From the NCBI RefSeq assembly GCF_018350175.1, contig NC_058382.1, positions 51,834,001 through 51,898,000 on the forward strand: 64,000 nt of DNA. Reading direction: 5' to 3'. The notes beneath the pieces were generated by a model that did no database searches, had not been told where the DNA came from, and saw nothing but the letters and a program-made list of their open reading frames with translations. Of this stretch, positions 1 to 13,136 are shown in pieces; position 1 is the stretch's first letter; every line of letters starts with the position of its first letter. The position numbers were made by a program, and so were the translations under genes. This DNA is from Felis catus (taxonomy: Eukaryota).

Positions 1-168
1 TTGTGAGTTCAAGCCCCACATCAGGCTCTGTGCTGACAGCTCAGAGCCTGGAGCCTGCTTCGGATTCTGTGGCTCCCTCTCTCTCTCTGCCCCTCTCCCA
101 CTTGTGCTCTGTCTCTCTCCCTCTCTCAGAAAATGAACAAACGTTCAAAAAAAATTAAAAAAAATAAA
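1..168 (+). mobile_element. CAN-SINE (SINEC), 5' end outside the window
   Basis: gagttcaagcccc...gctgacagctcagagcctggagcctgcttcggattctg, (CT)n tract and A-rich tail. Confidence 0.9.
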
Positions 169-769
169 ATGGAAATGGTAAAGTTCTGCTTGGGTGAGAT
201 ACTAGATACATTAATCGAATCTGTGCTCTACTCCTACTCTGCAATGCTAAAGGACGTAGCGATCTGCAAACTGATGAGGGACTTCCCTGTCACATCACAT
301 TCCGGTTTCTCATGCATTCATTCATCAGGTGTTACCAAATCCGTTTTATGTGTCAGGCTCTGCCCTGAGCACTGGGGTACAGAGCCAGATATATGGCGCG
401 GTCCCTGGCCTCATGGGGCTCACAGACAGATCAGTTAGCAGCCGCAGAAAGCCATGGTGGCCGCTGTCCCAGAGGAAGGAACCCCAGGTCTATGGTAGCA
501 CTAAAGGAGGCACCAGGGGAAGGTGGAGGCAAGCGCCTGGGGAGGTTTTCTAGAAGAGGAGTTGCCTGGGTGGTGGGGGGCCGGGGCGGGGGGGAGGGGC
601 TGTAGTCTGAAGAAGAAAGTGGAAGGATAGGCATGGATAGGGAGGGGACAGCCTGTGAGAAGCTAGTGTCGATGCTCAAATAGCGTTACACGTTCGGGAG
701 AATAGGATCGTGAATTTGCTGCTTCTGCTGACGTAATAATCACAGCAAGAAAACCTAACAGCACTCAAA

Positions 770-950
770 GTAGTAGTGACAGCAAATACTGAGCATTCTA
801 AGCCCTTGGATGCGTTATATCAAATCGTCCCACAAGAACCTCACATATAGCATTGCACGCTCCATTTTAAGATGAAAGACCAGAAGAACTGACATGTTAC
901 TCAACGTTGCTCAACTGGTGGGTACAGGAGATCAAAGTCCGCCATCTTAC
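770..950. mobile_element. MIR SINE remnant
   Basis: tactgagcattcta...ccattttaagatgaaagac, a MIR core-like sequence. Confidence 0.5.
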
Positions 951-1546
951 CCTACTGGCCTTGGACTGGGTGCCTAACCTCTGTGAACCTCAGTCTCCTC
1001 CTCATCAAAATTAGGTTCGAAGTTCATTCTGAGGACACCACGGAATGAGGGTCACACAGCACCAGGCTCGGCAAATGGCAATCGGGGGTGGATCGAGGGC
1101 CTTGTCTCGTTAGGGAGCAGAGAGTGGAGAAGTGGAGGGAAGCCATGTTAGTGAGATAGACTGGGCCACCTGCCAGAGGGCCGGCCCGTGGGATAAACCG
1201 AAGGGTGTGCTTTTCTTTCTGAAAGCTAGTGATAGGCATCGGGAAGCTTTGCGACCAGTCATGAGATGCTCAGGGTTGAGTTTGAGAAAAACCACTCTGT
1301 CCAGAGGGTGACGTGGACACAGCCAGGCCAGCCAGAAGGGTGGTGTCGTCATCCAGGTGAGGAAATGCAACAACCCAGACTACGAAGTGATGGTCACAAG
1401 GGTGTGGAATGGATGCAGTACACTAACTGGATGTGAGGCCAAGGGACCAAGAGGAGTCCGGCGACCCCCAGACTCCTGACTTCAGCCGAGGGACAGGCGA
1501 ATGGTACAGTTTTCATCCACTGAGGCAGGAGGTACAGGAAGAGGAA

Positions 1547-1937
1547 TGTTACGGGTTGAACCATGCCCCACCCCACTGATATGGGGAAGTCCTGAGCGCC
1601 ACTATCTCAGAATGTGTCCTTATTCGGCAGTAGGGTCCTCACAGAGGTAATCAAGTTTAAATGATAGGACTGGCGTCCTTCTAAGAACGGGGGGAATCTG
1701 GACACAGGTTGGCGTAGAGGGAAGACCATGTGAAGAGGCCTTGGGAGAAGAGAGCCATTTACAAGCCAAGCAGAGAGAGCTGGATCAAACCCTTCGCTCG
1801 TAGTCACTGGAAGGACGCAACCCTCCCGACGCCTTGATTTTGGACTTTCTGACCTCCACAAGTGGGAAACAAATTTGTTGGCAGAGCCACCCAGTTTGTG
1901 GTATTATGTTACAACAGCAACCAGCAAATCAATGCAA
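1547..1937 (+). mobile_element. MLT1 (ERVL-MaLR) solo LTR, MLT1B-like
   Basis: tgttacgggttga...ctcagaatgtgtccttattc...gaggtaatcaagtttaaatga...ccttgattttggactttctgacctcca...gtttgtggtattatgttacaacagca. Confidence 0.75.
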
Positions 1938-3799
1938 GGAGTAAGTCATTTGCAGATGGCCAAGAATAATGTTTTGGATGAGTTGAATTCGATGTGTTTT
2001 TGGATAGCCAGGTAGAGACAGACAGCCCAGTGGTTATTCAGTACACAAATCTGAGGCTCGGTGGGGGGGGGGCCCAGAGATAGAGATTAGGGTGCACTGT
2101 TGATTCCCGATACTCCCACATCCATCCACAGCACAGTGTGACCAGTACATAATAGGAATTTGGAAAAGTAGTTGTCCGAGTAAAAGTCATGTTGGCCTAA
2201 GGACAGTGGGCAGGAGGGATCAACTAGTTCTGATGTTTCATCCCAGCACAAAAGAGGTTAACCCTCCAAACCCTGTCGAGTTTTAGAGGATTGCTGCACT
2301 GGTTGTTGATATTTCCACTCGCCAAGAAGGAGAGTCCCGTATTTGTTCTCTAAAATCAAATGAAAAAAAAAAAATATGAACCAAATACCAAAGCTATTCT
2401 TAGAACACAGAATGATAGCCTGTCTGGAGTCTTAGGTTCATGCCCATGTCCTAAAATGTTGACCTCCAAATCAGTAACAGGTCTATTTTCGGCAGCAGCC
2501 TCAAAATCTGCTTAGCTTAGAATGTCAAAATAAGTAGGCAGCATGGCATTATAGCAAATGGCAATAACTAGAAGTTAGGAGACCTTGCTTTGACTCTCAG
2601 ATCTGCCTCTGAAAACTGAGTCACCTTAACCTTTCTGAGTCACCTTTCCCTCATCTGTGAAACAATGACGGGGTGGGGATAATTGGATGATTTTCCAGCT
2701 CTGACATTCTATGATTCTCTCAGTGTTGCCTTTCATTGCGAATGTTGGGAAGAAAAAAAAAAAAAACATTTCCAGAAATAGGCCTGCCAACCTGATTTAG
2801 TCCACCAACATGAAGGCATGTAATGAAGTGTTGGGCAGAGGTTACATTTCACAGGTGACTTTGGTAGAATAATTTCTGCCTCCTTAAGATGGCAGGTGGA
2901 AAACTGGAAACAGTACCTGGTTTTGGAAGGCACCTTAATTACCAGCAAACTGGGTTTTACTGGAAGATTTCTGACTTCACATGATCGCAGGATTTTGTCC
3001 AATGACTTACATATCTGACCCTGTTGAAACAGGACATGGAAAAACCACCCATGTCTAACTACATTTGTAATTTCTCTTAGACCCCTCAATATTTAGACCT
3101 CATGCGTTGGGCTCTTCCTCATATGCCTGGACATCCCAGCCCCAAAGGAGTACAGATGATTCAGATTTACGGAGTGCCTCATTTTAAGTGTCATGTGTTA
3201 TGCCAGGTGCTTGGCCCGTGTGACATATTGCCTCATTTGACACACGGTGTAGCAGATCCCGTCACCGTATCTTCTCTGCGCTCAACATTGCTGATGGTTG
3301 TTGACTTAGGGCTTCCATCTGGCTGTGGGAGCATGCTTGCCTCCACAAGCCAGAGGTGCCTGGGAGTTACCTCTGTAGAAGCAACCCCCGACTGATACAG
3401 AGGGGAATTCGGGGGATCAAAATACTCCAGCCTCCTCACCATGTGGTTGGGATACCTCTGAGTGTATTCTACACTTGTGCACGGGGGTCCTCAGAGGGAC
3501 TGAGTTCCAGTTACCCACTGGGTGCTGCCTTGAAAGCACACCCTTTATTGGCCGCCTTCGATTTCTGTCTTGATACCTGGTATTTCCTGTGGTCATATTC
3601 CAGATGAGGTACTTGCTCTCAAATCTTTGCGTCGGGGTCGGCTTCGGGGGGAATCCAAACCCGAACAGCTCCCGAGAACCGTATGGAGCAGGTACCATTA
3701 CTGCTAAGGTTAGATGAGGAGCCTGAGGCTCAGTGTGGTTAAATGATAGTTGTTGAGTCTTGATACCGTGGCTTTGCTGGCTTACGTGGACTTTCCTTC

Positions 3800-4030
3800 A
3801 CCACCCCTAGTTGTCAGCCAAGGGAGACTCTGTCCCCCCCCCCCCGCCCCCGGGAACATCTTGGCGTTTTTGGTGATCAAAACTGAGGGGAGCTATCGGC
3901 AGCAAGCAGGTAGAGGTAGAATAATTTGGTAGACATGCTGCGTAGGCACCTTACAAAGCCCAGCGGAGCCCGACAAAGACTCATCCAGCCTCAGAGAGGT
4001 CAATAGCGGCAGGGTTGAGAAGTCCTGCCC
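3800..4030 (+). mobile_element. Diverged MER20-like hAT DNA transposon just upstream of the first exon
   Basis: Ends gtcaatagcggcagggttgagaagtcctg, resembling the MER20 terminus. Confidence 0.5.
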
Positions 4031-4100
4031 TACACCCAGCGAGACCGGTTGTCGGGCGGTGACCCTCCCGTGTGACCGGTGTCTTGTGTTTCACTTCCAG

Positions 4101-4243
4101 GGTCAAGCTGTGGCTCAGCTGTGTTCCACTGTCCCCAATGTGACTGTCTTTGGAACAGCTTCTACTTTCAAGCACGAAGCAATCAAGGGCTCCATGACCC
4201 ACCTCTTTGACAGAAATGCAGACTACGTGCAAGAAGTGAAAAG
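4101..4243 (+). CDS. VAT1L: VAT1L coding exon (probably exon 4), 143 bp, phase 0 to phase 2: GQAVAQLCSTVPNVTVFGTASTFKHEAIKGSMTHLFDRNADYVQEVK(R)
   Basis: Acceptor tttcacttccag|GGT and donor AAAAG|gtaagg; peptide matches the VAT1L NADPH-binding domain region. Confidence 0.96.
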
Positions 4244-5134
4244 GTAAGGTGTGTGCTCTAGAGAGGGCCAGGTTGGTCCTTGCTCTTCTGCCTCTTAAAA
4301 AAACCAGCGGTGCTCATTTAGACGAGGGCCGGTGATAGTAACAGTGATGGTAATACTAGGAAACATACGCCGGGGGCTTGGTAACACCAGCTCTGTGCTG
4401 AACACTTCATACATATGAGCTCATTGGATTCTCGCAACCCTGTTGGTACCGCCATGTGGAGAGGACGATACTGAGGAGCAGTGCGGTCGGGTGACCGGCC
4501 GGCGTGAAATTACGATAGCTGCTCTAACGCGACCTTAACGCAGAGAGGTTTATTTCTCATTCACTCACATACCAGACCAAGGACACGCGGACTCCAACCT
4601 GGGTGTGACCGAGGGCCGCCGAAGGGCCAACATGGTGACATGATCAGATTGGAGTTTTGAAGAGTGCAGAGAATGAAGGGGGGTGGGGGGTGGGAGGCTG
4701 CAGGCAGGGAGATCATGCATGTTGTTGATCTCCTACGGTGGGGAACGTTGGTTTGTAACCCGACTCACGATCCAGGAGCCACCGGCTATGGCCTTGTGCA
4801 CGTCAACTCAGGGCATCAGGTAGAAAACCCAGCTGCCTTGAGATGATTTGTGGGTCACACCTCTGCTGCTGCCCTTCTCCACCCCCAGCTCCTGAGGGGT
4901 TTCAGAGGTGTCTCAGGGCCGTTGTTCTGGTCTTTTCTTTGCCCAGCAGTAAGGTGTAAGATACAGAGAAATTCAGCCGTCCGTCTAGCCTCATACTAAA
5001 GAACTTACTGCAGCCTGAAGGACTAGAGGATGAGAGGTCCGGTGAGGGTGACAGACTGAGACCAGATTAGGTGACATTTGGGGAGTTTTTTGGGAAGGAG
5101 AGCCTTCTGATGGTCTGGATTTTCAGATTTGTTT

Positions 5135-5162
5135 AAAAAAAATTTTTTTTCATGTTTATTTT

Positions 5163-5207
<45 letters not shown>

Positions 5208-5367
5208 AGGGGAGGGGCAGAGAGAGAGGGAGACAAAGAATCCGAAGTAGGCTCCAGGCTCCAAGCTGTCAGCACAGAGCCCGATGCAGGGCTCGAACTC
5301 ACAAACCATGAGATCATGACCTGAGCTGAAGTTGGCCACTTAACCCACTGAGCCACCCAGGAGCCCC
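5135..5367 (-). mobile_element. CAN-SINE (SINEC), antisense to VAT1L
   Basis: Reverse complement of SINEC with (GA)n; short TSD gatttgttt on both sides. Confidence 0.92.
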
Positions 5368-6157
5368 TCCGATTTGTTTTTTTTTTTAATTTTAAAGATT
5401 TGCACAGAGTTCAAGTCTGTCCCGATATCTCCAGTAGGACATGGATAGAGAGCTCCAAAACTCGCTATTAGAAGTTCGCCACCTGTTTCTCAGATATGTA
5501 GATACTGCAGGCATATTTTAAAGACTTCCGGCATAGACTTTCGCCTATTTCCGTAACCCTCAGGTAGCTCTTCCTTTTGTAACTTGCATCTCTGGAGCTG
5601 TGATGGGGAAAACGGACTGCCAGTGTCCCTCCAGCAGTCTTTGCCTTTATCCCCTTAAGTGATATTTTGGCAAACATCCTTTCCTCCATTCGTACCCTGA
5701 CCTGCTTACTACCAAGTGTCTCTGATGGGCCAGGTGCTGTGCTAGGGCGGAAGATCCGGCAAAAAACCACCTTGAGCGTCACTATCTTTGTGGAGCTTTG
5801 AGTCTAGTTGGGGAAGAGGGATAAAAACACTATTTTAAAAATGGATTCGTTTATGCTTTTGATACATGCTCTGATGGAGATATGCAGGCTGCTGGTGAAC
5901 ATATGCAGACAGGGAGATTAGACATAGCGTTCATCCAAGAGTGAGACTCGGGCTGAGCGTTAAAGGATGAGAAACGGGCCAAAGGAACAGCATTTCTGAC
6001 TAAGTTGAATAGCACGTGCTAAGGCTCAGGGTCAGGAAAGACTTGGTTAAATTCAAGAATCTGAAAGGAGGCCAGAGGAGCTGGAGGTACTACAGTGTGG
6101 GAAGCAAAGGGAAAACCAGGTCAGGAGGTAGCTACTCTTCTGAAAAAGTGACAGTCT

Positions 6158-6388
6158 GGGGCACCTGGGTGGCTCAGTAGGTTGAGCTCAGGTCACTTTG
6201 GCTCAGGTCACAACTTTGGCTCGGGTCACCATCTCCTGGTTTGTGGGTTCAAGCCCCGCATTGGGCTCTGTGCTGACAGCTCGGAGCCCGGAGCTTCGGA
6301 TTCTGTGTCTCCCTCTCTCTCTGCCCCTCCTCTGCTCACGTGCTCGCTCTCTCTCAAAAATAAATAAATATTGAAAATATCAAAAAAA
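6158..6388 (+). mobile_element. CAN-SINE (SINEC) with an internal triplication
   Basis: ggggcacctgggtggctcag head; TSD aaaaag(t/g)gacagtct. Confidence 0.92.
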
Positions 6389-7199
6389 AGGGACAGTCTG
6401 CCCTCCCCATTTTCCATGGAGAATTTTCCCACCCCCTTACCCTTTATTGTCCTCGACCTACCTTCCTAGCCCCCGAGTCAATGATTCCTGCTGATGTCAG
6501 AGGAGCAGAAAGGGACAGCATCTGAGACCCACGTTCCCACCACCTTCTTTCAAATGCGACCTCCGACAATTCCTTATGTTTTTAAGCAGAGACCCTGGGA
6601 TTCAATTAAAAATCACTGGGAAGCCACAGATAGGTTCATTCTCTCTCCCACCACCCCTGCCCTCAGGAAAAAATCCAAAGGAACAGGCACCTGCTGCCTG
6701 TTGCAGAACCAAGTAAATGCTTTGGCTTCATGGTAGGTATTCAACATATGCCAACAAGGTGAATTATAGCATTGTCTGTTACAGTGAGATTTCAGAACCA
6801 GCCTCCATTATCAACAGGAGGAAAACACTTCAGTGCATTATGCGACACCCACGCGCTTGAATATTATGCAGCCCCTAAAAAAAAAAAAGATAATTATGAA
6901 GATTCTGTCACAAAATGAAAAAATACCCACGGTAGCATATTGAGTGGGAAAAAAAAAAGCAGAATGCCAAATTCCAGCTACACTGTGATCACAGCTTTGT
7001 ATAAATTCTTGGCGCATAAAGACAAAAAAAAAATGAAAGTGGTGGGAAAAAATATAACCACTAATATGCAGCAGGAGTAGAATGCAGAGTGATTTCTCTT
7101 TACTTTTTGGACCACAGTTATTGTTTGTTACAGCGTTTGGTGGTGATCCACCAGGAAAAAAAAATATTAACATAAAATTTCTTGAGATGCAAACTCTTT

Positions 7200-7419
7200 G
7201 TTTTAATTTTTTTTTTAATGTTTATTTGTTTTTGATAGAGAGAGAGAGAGACAGGGCATGAGGAGGGGAGGGGCAGAGAGAAAGACACAGAATCCGAAGC
7301 AGGCTCCAGGCTGTGAGCTGTCAGCACAGAGTCAGACGCGGGGCTCGAACCCACGAGCTGTGAGATCATGACCTGAGCCGAAGTTGGATGCCCAACCGAC
7401 TGAGCCACCCGGGCACCCC
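7200..7419 (-). mobile_element. CAN-SINE (SINEC), antisense
   Basis: 15-bp TSD agatgcaaactcttt at 7185-7199 and 7421-7435. Confidence 0.93.
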
Positions 7420-7999
7420 AAGATGCAAACTCTTTTATAAGCCAGTCAACTGCTAAGCTGCTTTGAACCCGTTCTCAGCCTTCCAGCAGGCATTGTAAAG
7501 GGAATGGGGGCAAAGTGTTTGTAACACAGACCGAACCTTTACGTCACTCACCCCTTCTCTGTCTGACTATGCTTGAACCAAACAGAAGAGTGAGAAGCTT
7601 TGGATTCTGTGCTTCCAGCAGTAAGGACTTCCAAAATAGAGGAGAGAAAGACGAGAGAGATCACCGAGGTGGGCAGCCCCCAGCGGGGAGCATGATGGAT
7701 GGGAAGCATCTAAGTAGGTAGAGGGAGGTGGGGAGCGAATCCCAGCAAGGTGCGCGGGCACAAGCAAGGCGGATAATTGCACCCGGCTTTGCTGGTCTCC
7801 TCCACTCTGCTGACCCATACGATTAGACCATCGTTCATGCACCTCGGGTGGTCCTGCGAGGGCAAAGTGCCTCGTTTTACAGGTAAAGAAACTGAGGCAG
7901 CGGAAATCGATGAGGTGTCATCACTCGGAGAGAACAGAGAATGTGATCGAGAAAGGATTCCTAGAGGTGGTATTGACAAGTAATTGTCAACATGTACTA

Positions 8000-8190
8000 A
8001 GAAGCCTCCTATAGTCCAGGGACGGTGCCTGGCACCCTGTGAAAAGCCTCTTGTGCACGGGGTACTGTGCTCAGCCCCCTGTGAGAAGCCTACTATGTGC
8101 CAGGAACTGCGCGCTGCCTTCTGTGCGTCAGACCCTTGTGTGTGCCACACACTTCTCTGGGAGAAGCCTGCCCTGCACCGGGCACCCTGC
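8000..8190. repeat. Degenerate minisatellite with a ~41-42 bp period, 4-5 units
   Basis: Recurrent ccctgtga(g/a)aagcct core. Confidence 0.65.
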
Positions 8191-10339
8191 AATGACCTCA
8201 TCCTCCCATCATGAGCTTGGAAGTGGTTAAAGTGATGGCACAGATGAGTTCTCAGAGAAAAAGGAATTCAGAAAGAGAAGCACTGAGCGGAGAGCCAAGG
8301 ATCCAGCTGGAGATGAAAGTAACAATAAAGGGGGAATTAACTTCTTGGCAAAGTCAAGGGCTTCTCTCCCAGGAACGGCCCTGGTGGCCCTACCGCCGCT
8401 CAGGAGGGATTCTTCACTGGATCCACGTGGGCGGGAAGCAAAGAGGGGCATCCGTGATAAAGGGGCGAGGGGTTGGGGACCCAGGAAGGACAGGCACGGG
8501 AGCCTTCGATCAGCCATTCCCAAATATCTTTCTGCTGAATTGGGCTCAGAGCATCTCTGAGCTGGGGCTCTTTCTGTTTGGGCTTTGAGTGTGCCGAGAT
8601 TTATGACAACAGGAGAAAGCCCTCCCCCCCCCCCCGTCTGCTTCTGTGTAATTATGATTACACACACACAGGCAAGGCGGACACCCCCAGAGATTTTCAG
8701 CGGCGGGGGGCGGGGGGGAGGTGCTAAGAAATGAGGATGGCCCCTGACCTTCTGAGGGGCTGCCTAGCTCTGCTTGTGAATTTCACGATCGTTCCATTAA
8801 AAGGAGCTGCTAAGGTGCCCTTCAACTGTGAATATGAGTAAGGGAGGCCCTGATTCCAAATAGACCCAACTGAGTCCCATTCCGTCTAATCCCCTGGTTG
8901 GGCTTGTAATGATTGAATGGGGGTGGGGCACTTGATCCATTTTGAAATTCACCTGCAGGCTGCCCGGGGAGCAGCCCCCAGCTTTGTGCAGCCCCTGCTG
9001 GGAACCTGTGTGCCCACTAGTGGCAATGACGGTCACCAGGGCTGACCACAGCTCATCTTAGGAAAGCCGACTCTGCCTCTGGTGCCCTCACTTGGTTTCT
9101 AGATGTAATGGATGTAATGGGTCAAACCAGAGTCCCCCGCCCAAATCCCATTCCCTGCAGTGGCCCCTACAGTATGTTGCCTGACCCCGTGGAGCCTCAG
9201 TTTCCTCATCCATTATGTGGGGATGATGATGGCCCCTGGGTTACACGGTTGGCGTGAAGCGTCCTCAGTGAGGCGGGACTCAGGAAGCGCTCAGCACTGT
9301 GGCTGGCACCTCGAAAGTGCTCTTGAACGTGGGACACCTTGTGCTAGCAGGGTCAAGGGTAGCCAGCCTCTGCTCTAGTGGTTTCTGGGCTGGTGGCTCC
9401 ACCCACCCTAATGGTTGTCTGGGCTAATGGTTGGGGTTGTTGACGTTTTGCAGTCTTTCGTTTATACTCTTCCCACACTGAAAGAATTCTCTTCAAGTTG
9501 GCCCACTCTGAAAAAATAAAAAAAGCTACTGTGGACCCAGAAGCCACCATGAACATCATGTTCCATGTGCAGAAACTCACCCAGGCTTCACAGAGGAGCC
9601 TGGGGCAGGTGTTACCAGCTGCATTCCCTTCCACAGTTGGGGACGCTAGACAACGACAGGCTAAGGAACTCACCTGAGGTCACACGGCAAGTAAGTAGCA
9701 AACGAAGTGCTAAATACTGAGATGAAATTCTGATTCCCGAGCCCAGTGCCCTAGGGCCCTAAGGCCACCCCCACACCTGCCCACCACCCCCATGTTAGTT
9801 ATCAGCTGTGGCAGACACTCTTGTGTCCTTCTGGAAGGAGACGGTGTCCAGACAGGGCCTCCCGTTACCATGGGTGGTGTCCCAGAGCCTCCTCCTTGGG
9901 CCTATTCGATGCTCACTGCCCCAGGTCAGCCTATCACAGTGTCTTCTGCAGAATGCCTTTCCTTTGGCACCTGGCCGATTCCTCTCACCCATTAGCACTC
10001 AACAGAAGGACCATCTTCTGTCACCCCAAGTGGCTCCGTTGGAGCTATGGTGATTAGGTCTGGGCTGTCCATTTAGTCTGTCTTCCCTGGTATGAACTCC
10101 TGGATGGCAGGGATGAACGTGAACCCTCATCTGTGTACCCCCAGCTCAGCACACCCAGTGTCCGGTGTGACCTAAGCACTCGGCAAGGGGTTGTGCAGTG
10201 GTTGGAAATTTAGGACCAATGTGTAGGACCCTGACCTGGGGCCTCTCCTAACATCTAGCATGACAAAAAAGCAGCTTAAAATAGAAACCTCTTGGCCTCT
10301 CTGTTTGAAGTAACATAGTCTAACTCTGTGCATGTCTAT

Positions 10340-10573
10340 ATTTTTTTAAACTTAAAAAAAAATATTTTTGAGAGAGAGAGAGAGAGAGAGTGTGTGTGAC
10401 TGTGCAAGCAGGGGAGGGGCAGAGAGAGAGAGAGGGAGACACAGAATCCGAAGAAGGCTCCAGCCTCTGAGCTGTCAGCACAGAGCCCAAAGCGGGGCTT
10501 GAACTCAAGAACCGCGAGATCATGACCTGAGCCGAAGTCAGACGCTTAACCGCCTGAGCCACCCACACACCCC
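10340..10573 (-). mobile_element. CAN-SINE (SINEC), antisense
   Basis: Reverse-complement SINEC body (acagaatccgaag...gagatcatgacctgagccgaagtc). Confidence 0.9.
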
Positions 10574-10989
10574 TCTGTACTTATTTTTAAAGACAGCGTT
10601 TAAACCAGAATCCTTCAGAGACTGCATGAAATTGACTGCTTCCCAGAGCTGTTTGCTAAAGCAGTGCTTCCGTAATTATACTGATTTGAACGTTTATTAA
10701 ATCTTAAGTTCGGAACGGTGAAAAGGCCATGGCTCTGGAATCACACTGGACCGCGGTTTGAATTGCAGGTGCACTAGTTACGTAAGCTTGGGCAAGGCGC
10801 TGCATCCGAGAACCTCCATTTCTTCCTCACAAAAGTGCAGTTAAAATGCCTGTCTCCTAGACATGTCATAAAGATTAATTCTGCAATGCCCGGGATACAG
10901 TAGAGCTCAGGAAGTGTGAGTTCCCTTTGAAGGAAGCACTCAGATAGCAATGCAGAACGCCGTTCTTAAAATGTTTTCCTCGTTGCCTT

Positions 10990-11700
10990 GCGTTCATTCA
11001 CTCATCATCCACTCATACGACCCATCAGTACTTGCTGAGAACTAACACTGTGTCCGGCAGGATGAGAAGGGCTGAGGATACGACAACAGGCAGCACAAAC
11101 ACGGTCCCCGTCTCATGGGGCTTACATTTTGGCGGAAGAGACAGACAAATAGAATAATCGCAGCCCGTGATAGATACTGAAGAGTGTCTTTGGTACAGAC
11201 GCGAAAACGCAAAGGGAACTGAAAGAGAGGCCATCTGGGGCTGCCATTTCAGGTGGTGTGGTTAGTTACAGCGTCTCTGGGGAAAGTCTCATGTGGGTTA
11301 AGACGGGAAGGATGTGGGGCGCCTGGGTGGCGCAGTCGGCTAAGCGTCCGACTTCAGCCAGGTCACGATCTCACGGTCCGTGAGTTCGAGCCCCGCGTCA
11401 GGCTCTGGGCTGATGGCTCGGAGCCTGGAGCCTGTTTCCGATTCTGTGTCTCCCTCTCTCTCTGCCCCTCCCCCATTCATGCTCTGTCTCTCTCTGTCCC
11501 AAAAATAAATAAACGTTGAAAAAAAAATTAAAAAAAAAAATAAGACGGGAAGGATGAGAAGGAGCCAGCTCTAAGGGGAGCTGGGGAAAGGCTGTTCAGG
11601 CAGCGATTCCAGCATATGCAAAGGCCCTGAGGCAGGAAGGTTTCGGGAATAGCTACAAGGTCACACTGCCCTGAGCAGTGAGTGGCAGGTGAGGAGGAGG
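10990..11700 (-). mobile_element. L2 LINE remnant interrupted by a SINEC
   Basis: cattcactcatc...cttacatttt..gagacagacaaat...cagcatatgcaaaggccctgaggcagga, L2 3'-region-like. Confidence 0.55.
11316..11540 (+). mobile_element. Young felid SINEC_Fc-type element
   Basis: ggggcgcctgggtggcgcagtcgg... with intact CpGs; perfect 16-bp TSD taagacgggaaggatg at 11299-11314 and 11541-11556. Confidence 0.95.
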
Positions 11701-12691
11701 GAGTGGGCAGTAGGCTATAGGTCGCCCCTTGCTGGGGTCTGTTCTGCATTTCCGCAGACCCAGAGGAAAGAGCGACGGGCCTAGATGGGGCAGCTGTGCC
11801 TGGCAGTTTGGGGCAGAAAATGGGCGCTCACAGGTGGAGTCCAGATGTGAGGAGCGTCAGGCAAGAAGCGAGCATTTGGGCCTGGGCAGGTCCGTCAGGG
11901 GTGCCCCAGAAAGTGTGCACAGCCCAGCGTGTGAGGGCTGCTCCTGAGCACAGGTGGGTGTCTTGCAGTAAAGGAAGGAGGTCCCGGGGAAACGGACTTC
12001 ACGTAGAAGACTAGGTGGCTCAGAAGGGCTGGCAGTAGAAGCAGTGAAGGGTCCTACCTCCTCGGCAGCGAACACACTTGGCAGAAGAAAGACTTGGCAG
12101 AAGTGAGGAAGACAGGGGCATGGTCACCCAGCCCGTGAAGCAAGGTGGAGACCTGATCGCCGGGGGTGAGGCACCAGCCTGGAGCCCACCCAACCGTGTG
12201 TGTGCGTTCCAGCCCTCGCCTGCCTCTCGGGTCTCACCTCAGCACGCTCCCTCTCATCTCTACTCCAGCCAAACTGGCTGCTTCCCAGGCTTCCTGCTCA
12301 CAGGCCTCCTCTCACCACAGGACCTTCACACATGCTGTCCCCCCCGCCGGGAACACTATTCCTGCCACTCTTTACCTAGATAACTCCTACGCTCTGCCTT
12401 TCCCCAGGGATGCCTTTTTGGGCGTACGTAACTGGGCACACTAGATTGGCACAGTCTCGTAGCACCTTTGTGGCATTAGACCCCAATCAGTTTCAGTCTG
12501 ATATTCATTTGTGAAATATGGGTTAACATCTGCCCCACAAAAGTTCTAAAAGGGGAGGAATCAAATCTGTTTGGTCTCACCACTGTATCTCCGCTGCCTC
12601 GTGCAGCGTCAGGGCTAAATACTTAATGAACAAATTAATTATTAATAAAAAACAATAATGCTAGCTTGACTCCTCAGTAGCTGGCTTAGAC

Positions 12692-13136
12692 CAGTGGTTC
12701 TCAAAGGGTGGAGCCAGCATCATCAGCATCCGCATCTCCGGGGAGCCTGTTAGAAATGCAAATCTTGGGGCGCCTGGGTGGCGCAGTCAGTTAAGCGTCC
12801 GACTTCAGCCAGGTCACGATCTTGCGGTCCGTGAGTTCGAGCCCCGGGTCAGGCTCTGGGCTGATGGCTCGGAGCCTGGAGCCTGTTTCCGGTTCTGTGT
12901 CTCCCTCTCTCTCTGCCCCTCCCCCGTTCATACTCTGTCTCTCTCTGTCCCAAAAATAAATAAAAAACGTTGAAAAAAAAATTAAAGAAAAAAAAAGAAA
13001 TGCAAATCTTCGGGGCCGGCTCCAAAACCGACTGAAGCAGACGCTAGGAGGCGAGGGGGGAAGGAGGGCAAACTGCAATCCGTTGGAATGAGCCCTCCGG
13101 GAGATCCTGGTGCCCACTTCGGTTTTAGATCCACTG
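12692..13136 (+). mobile_element. MER5A-like hAT transposon split by a young SINEC
   Basis: cagtggttctcaaag...cagcatc...gttagaaatgcaaatctt | ...gactgaagcagac...ccactg. Confidence 0.7.
12767..12995 (+). mobile_element. Young felid SINEC_Fc-type element
   Basis: Perfect 15-bp TSD agaaatgcaaatctt at 12752-12766 and 12996-13010. Confidence 0.95.

Noticed and set aside
11316..11400. tRNA-like A/B boxes in SINE heads
   Set aside because: These are tRNA-derived SINE heads, not tRNA genes; each is followed by a (CT)n tract and A-rich tail.
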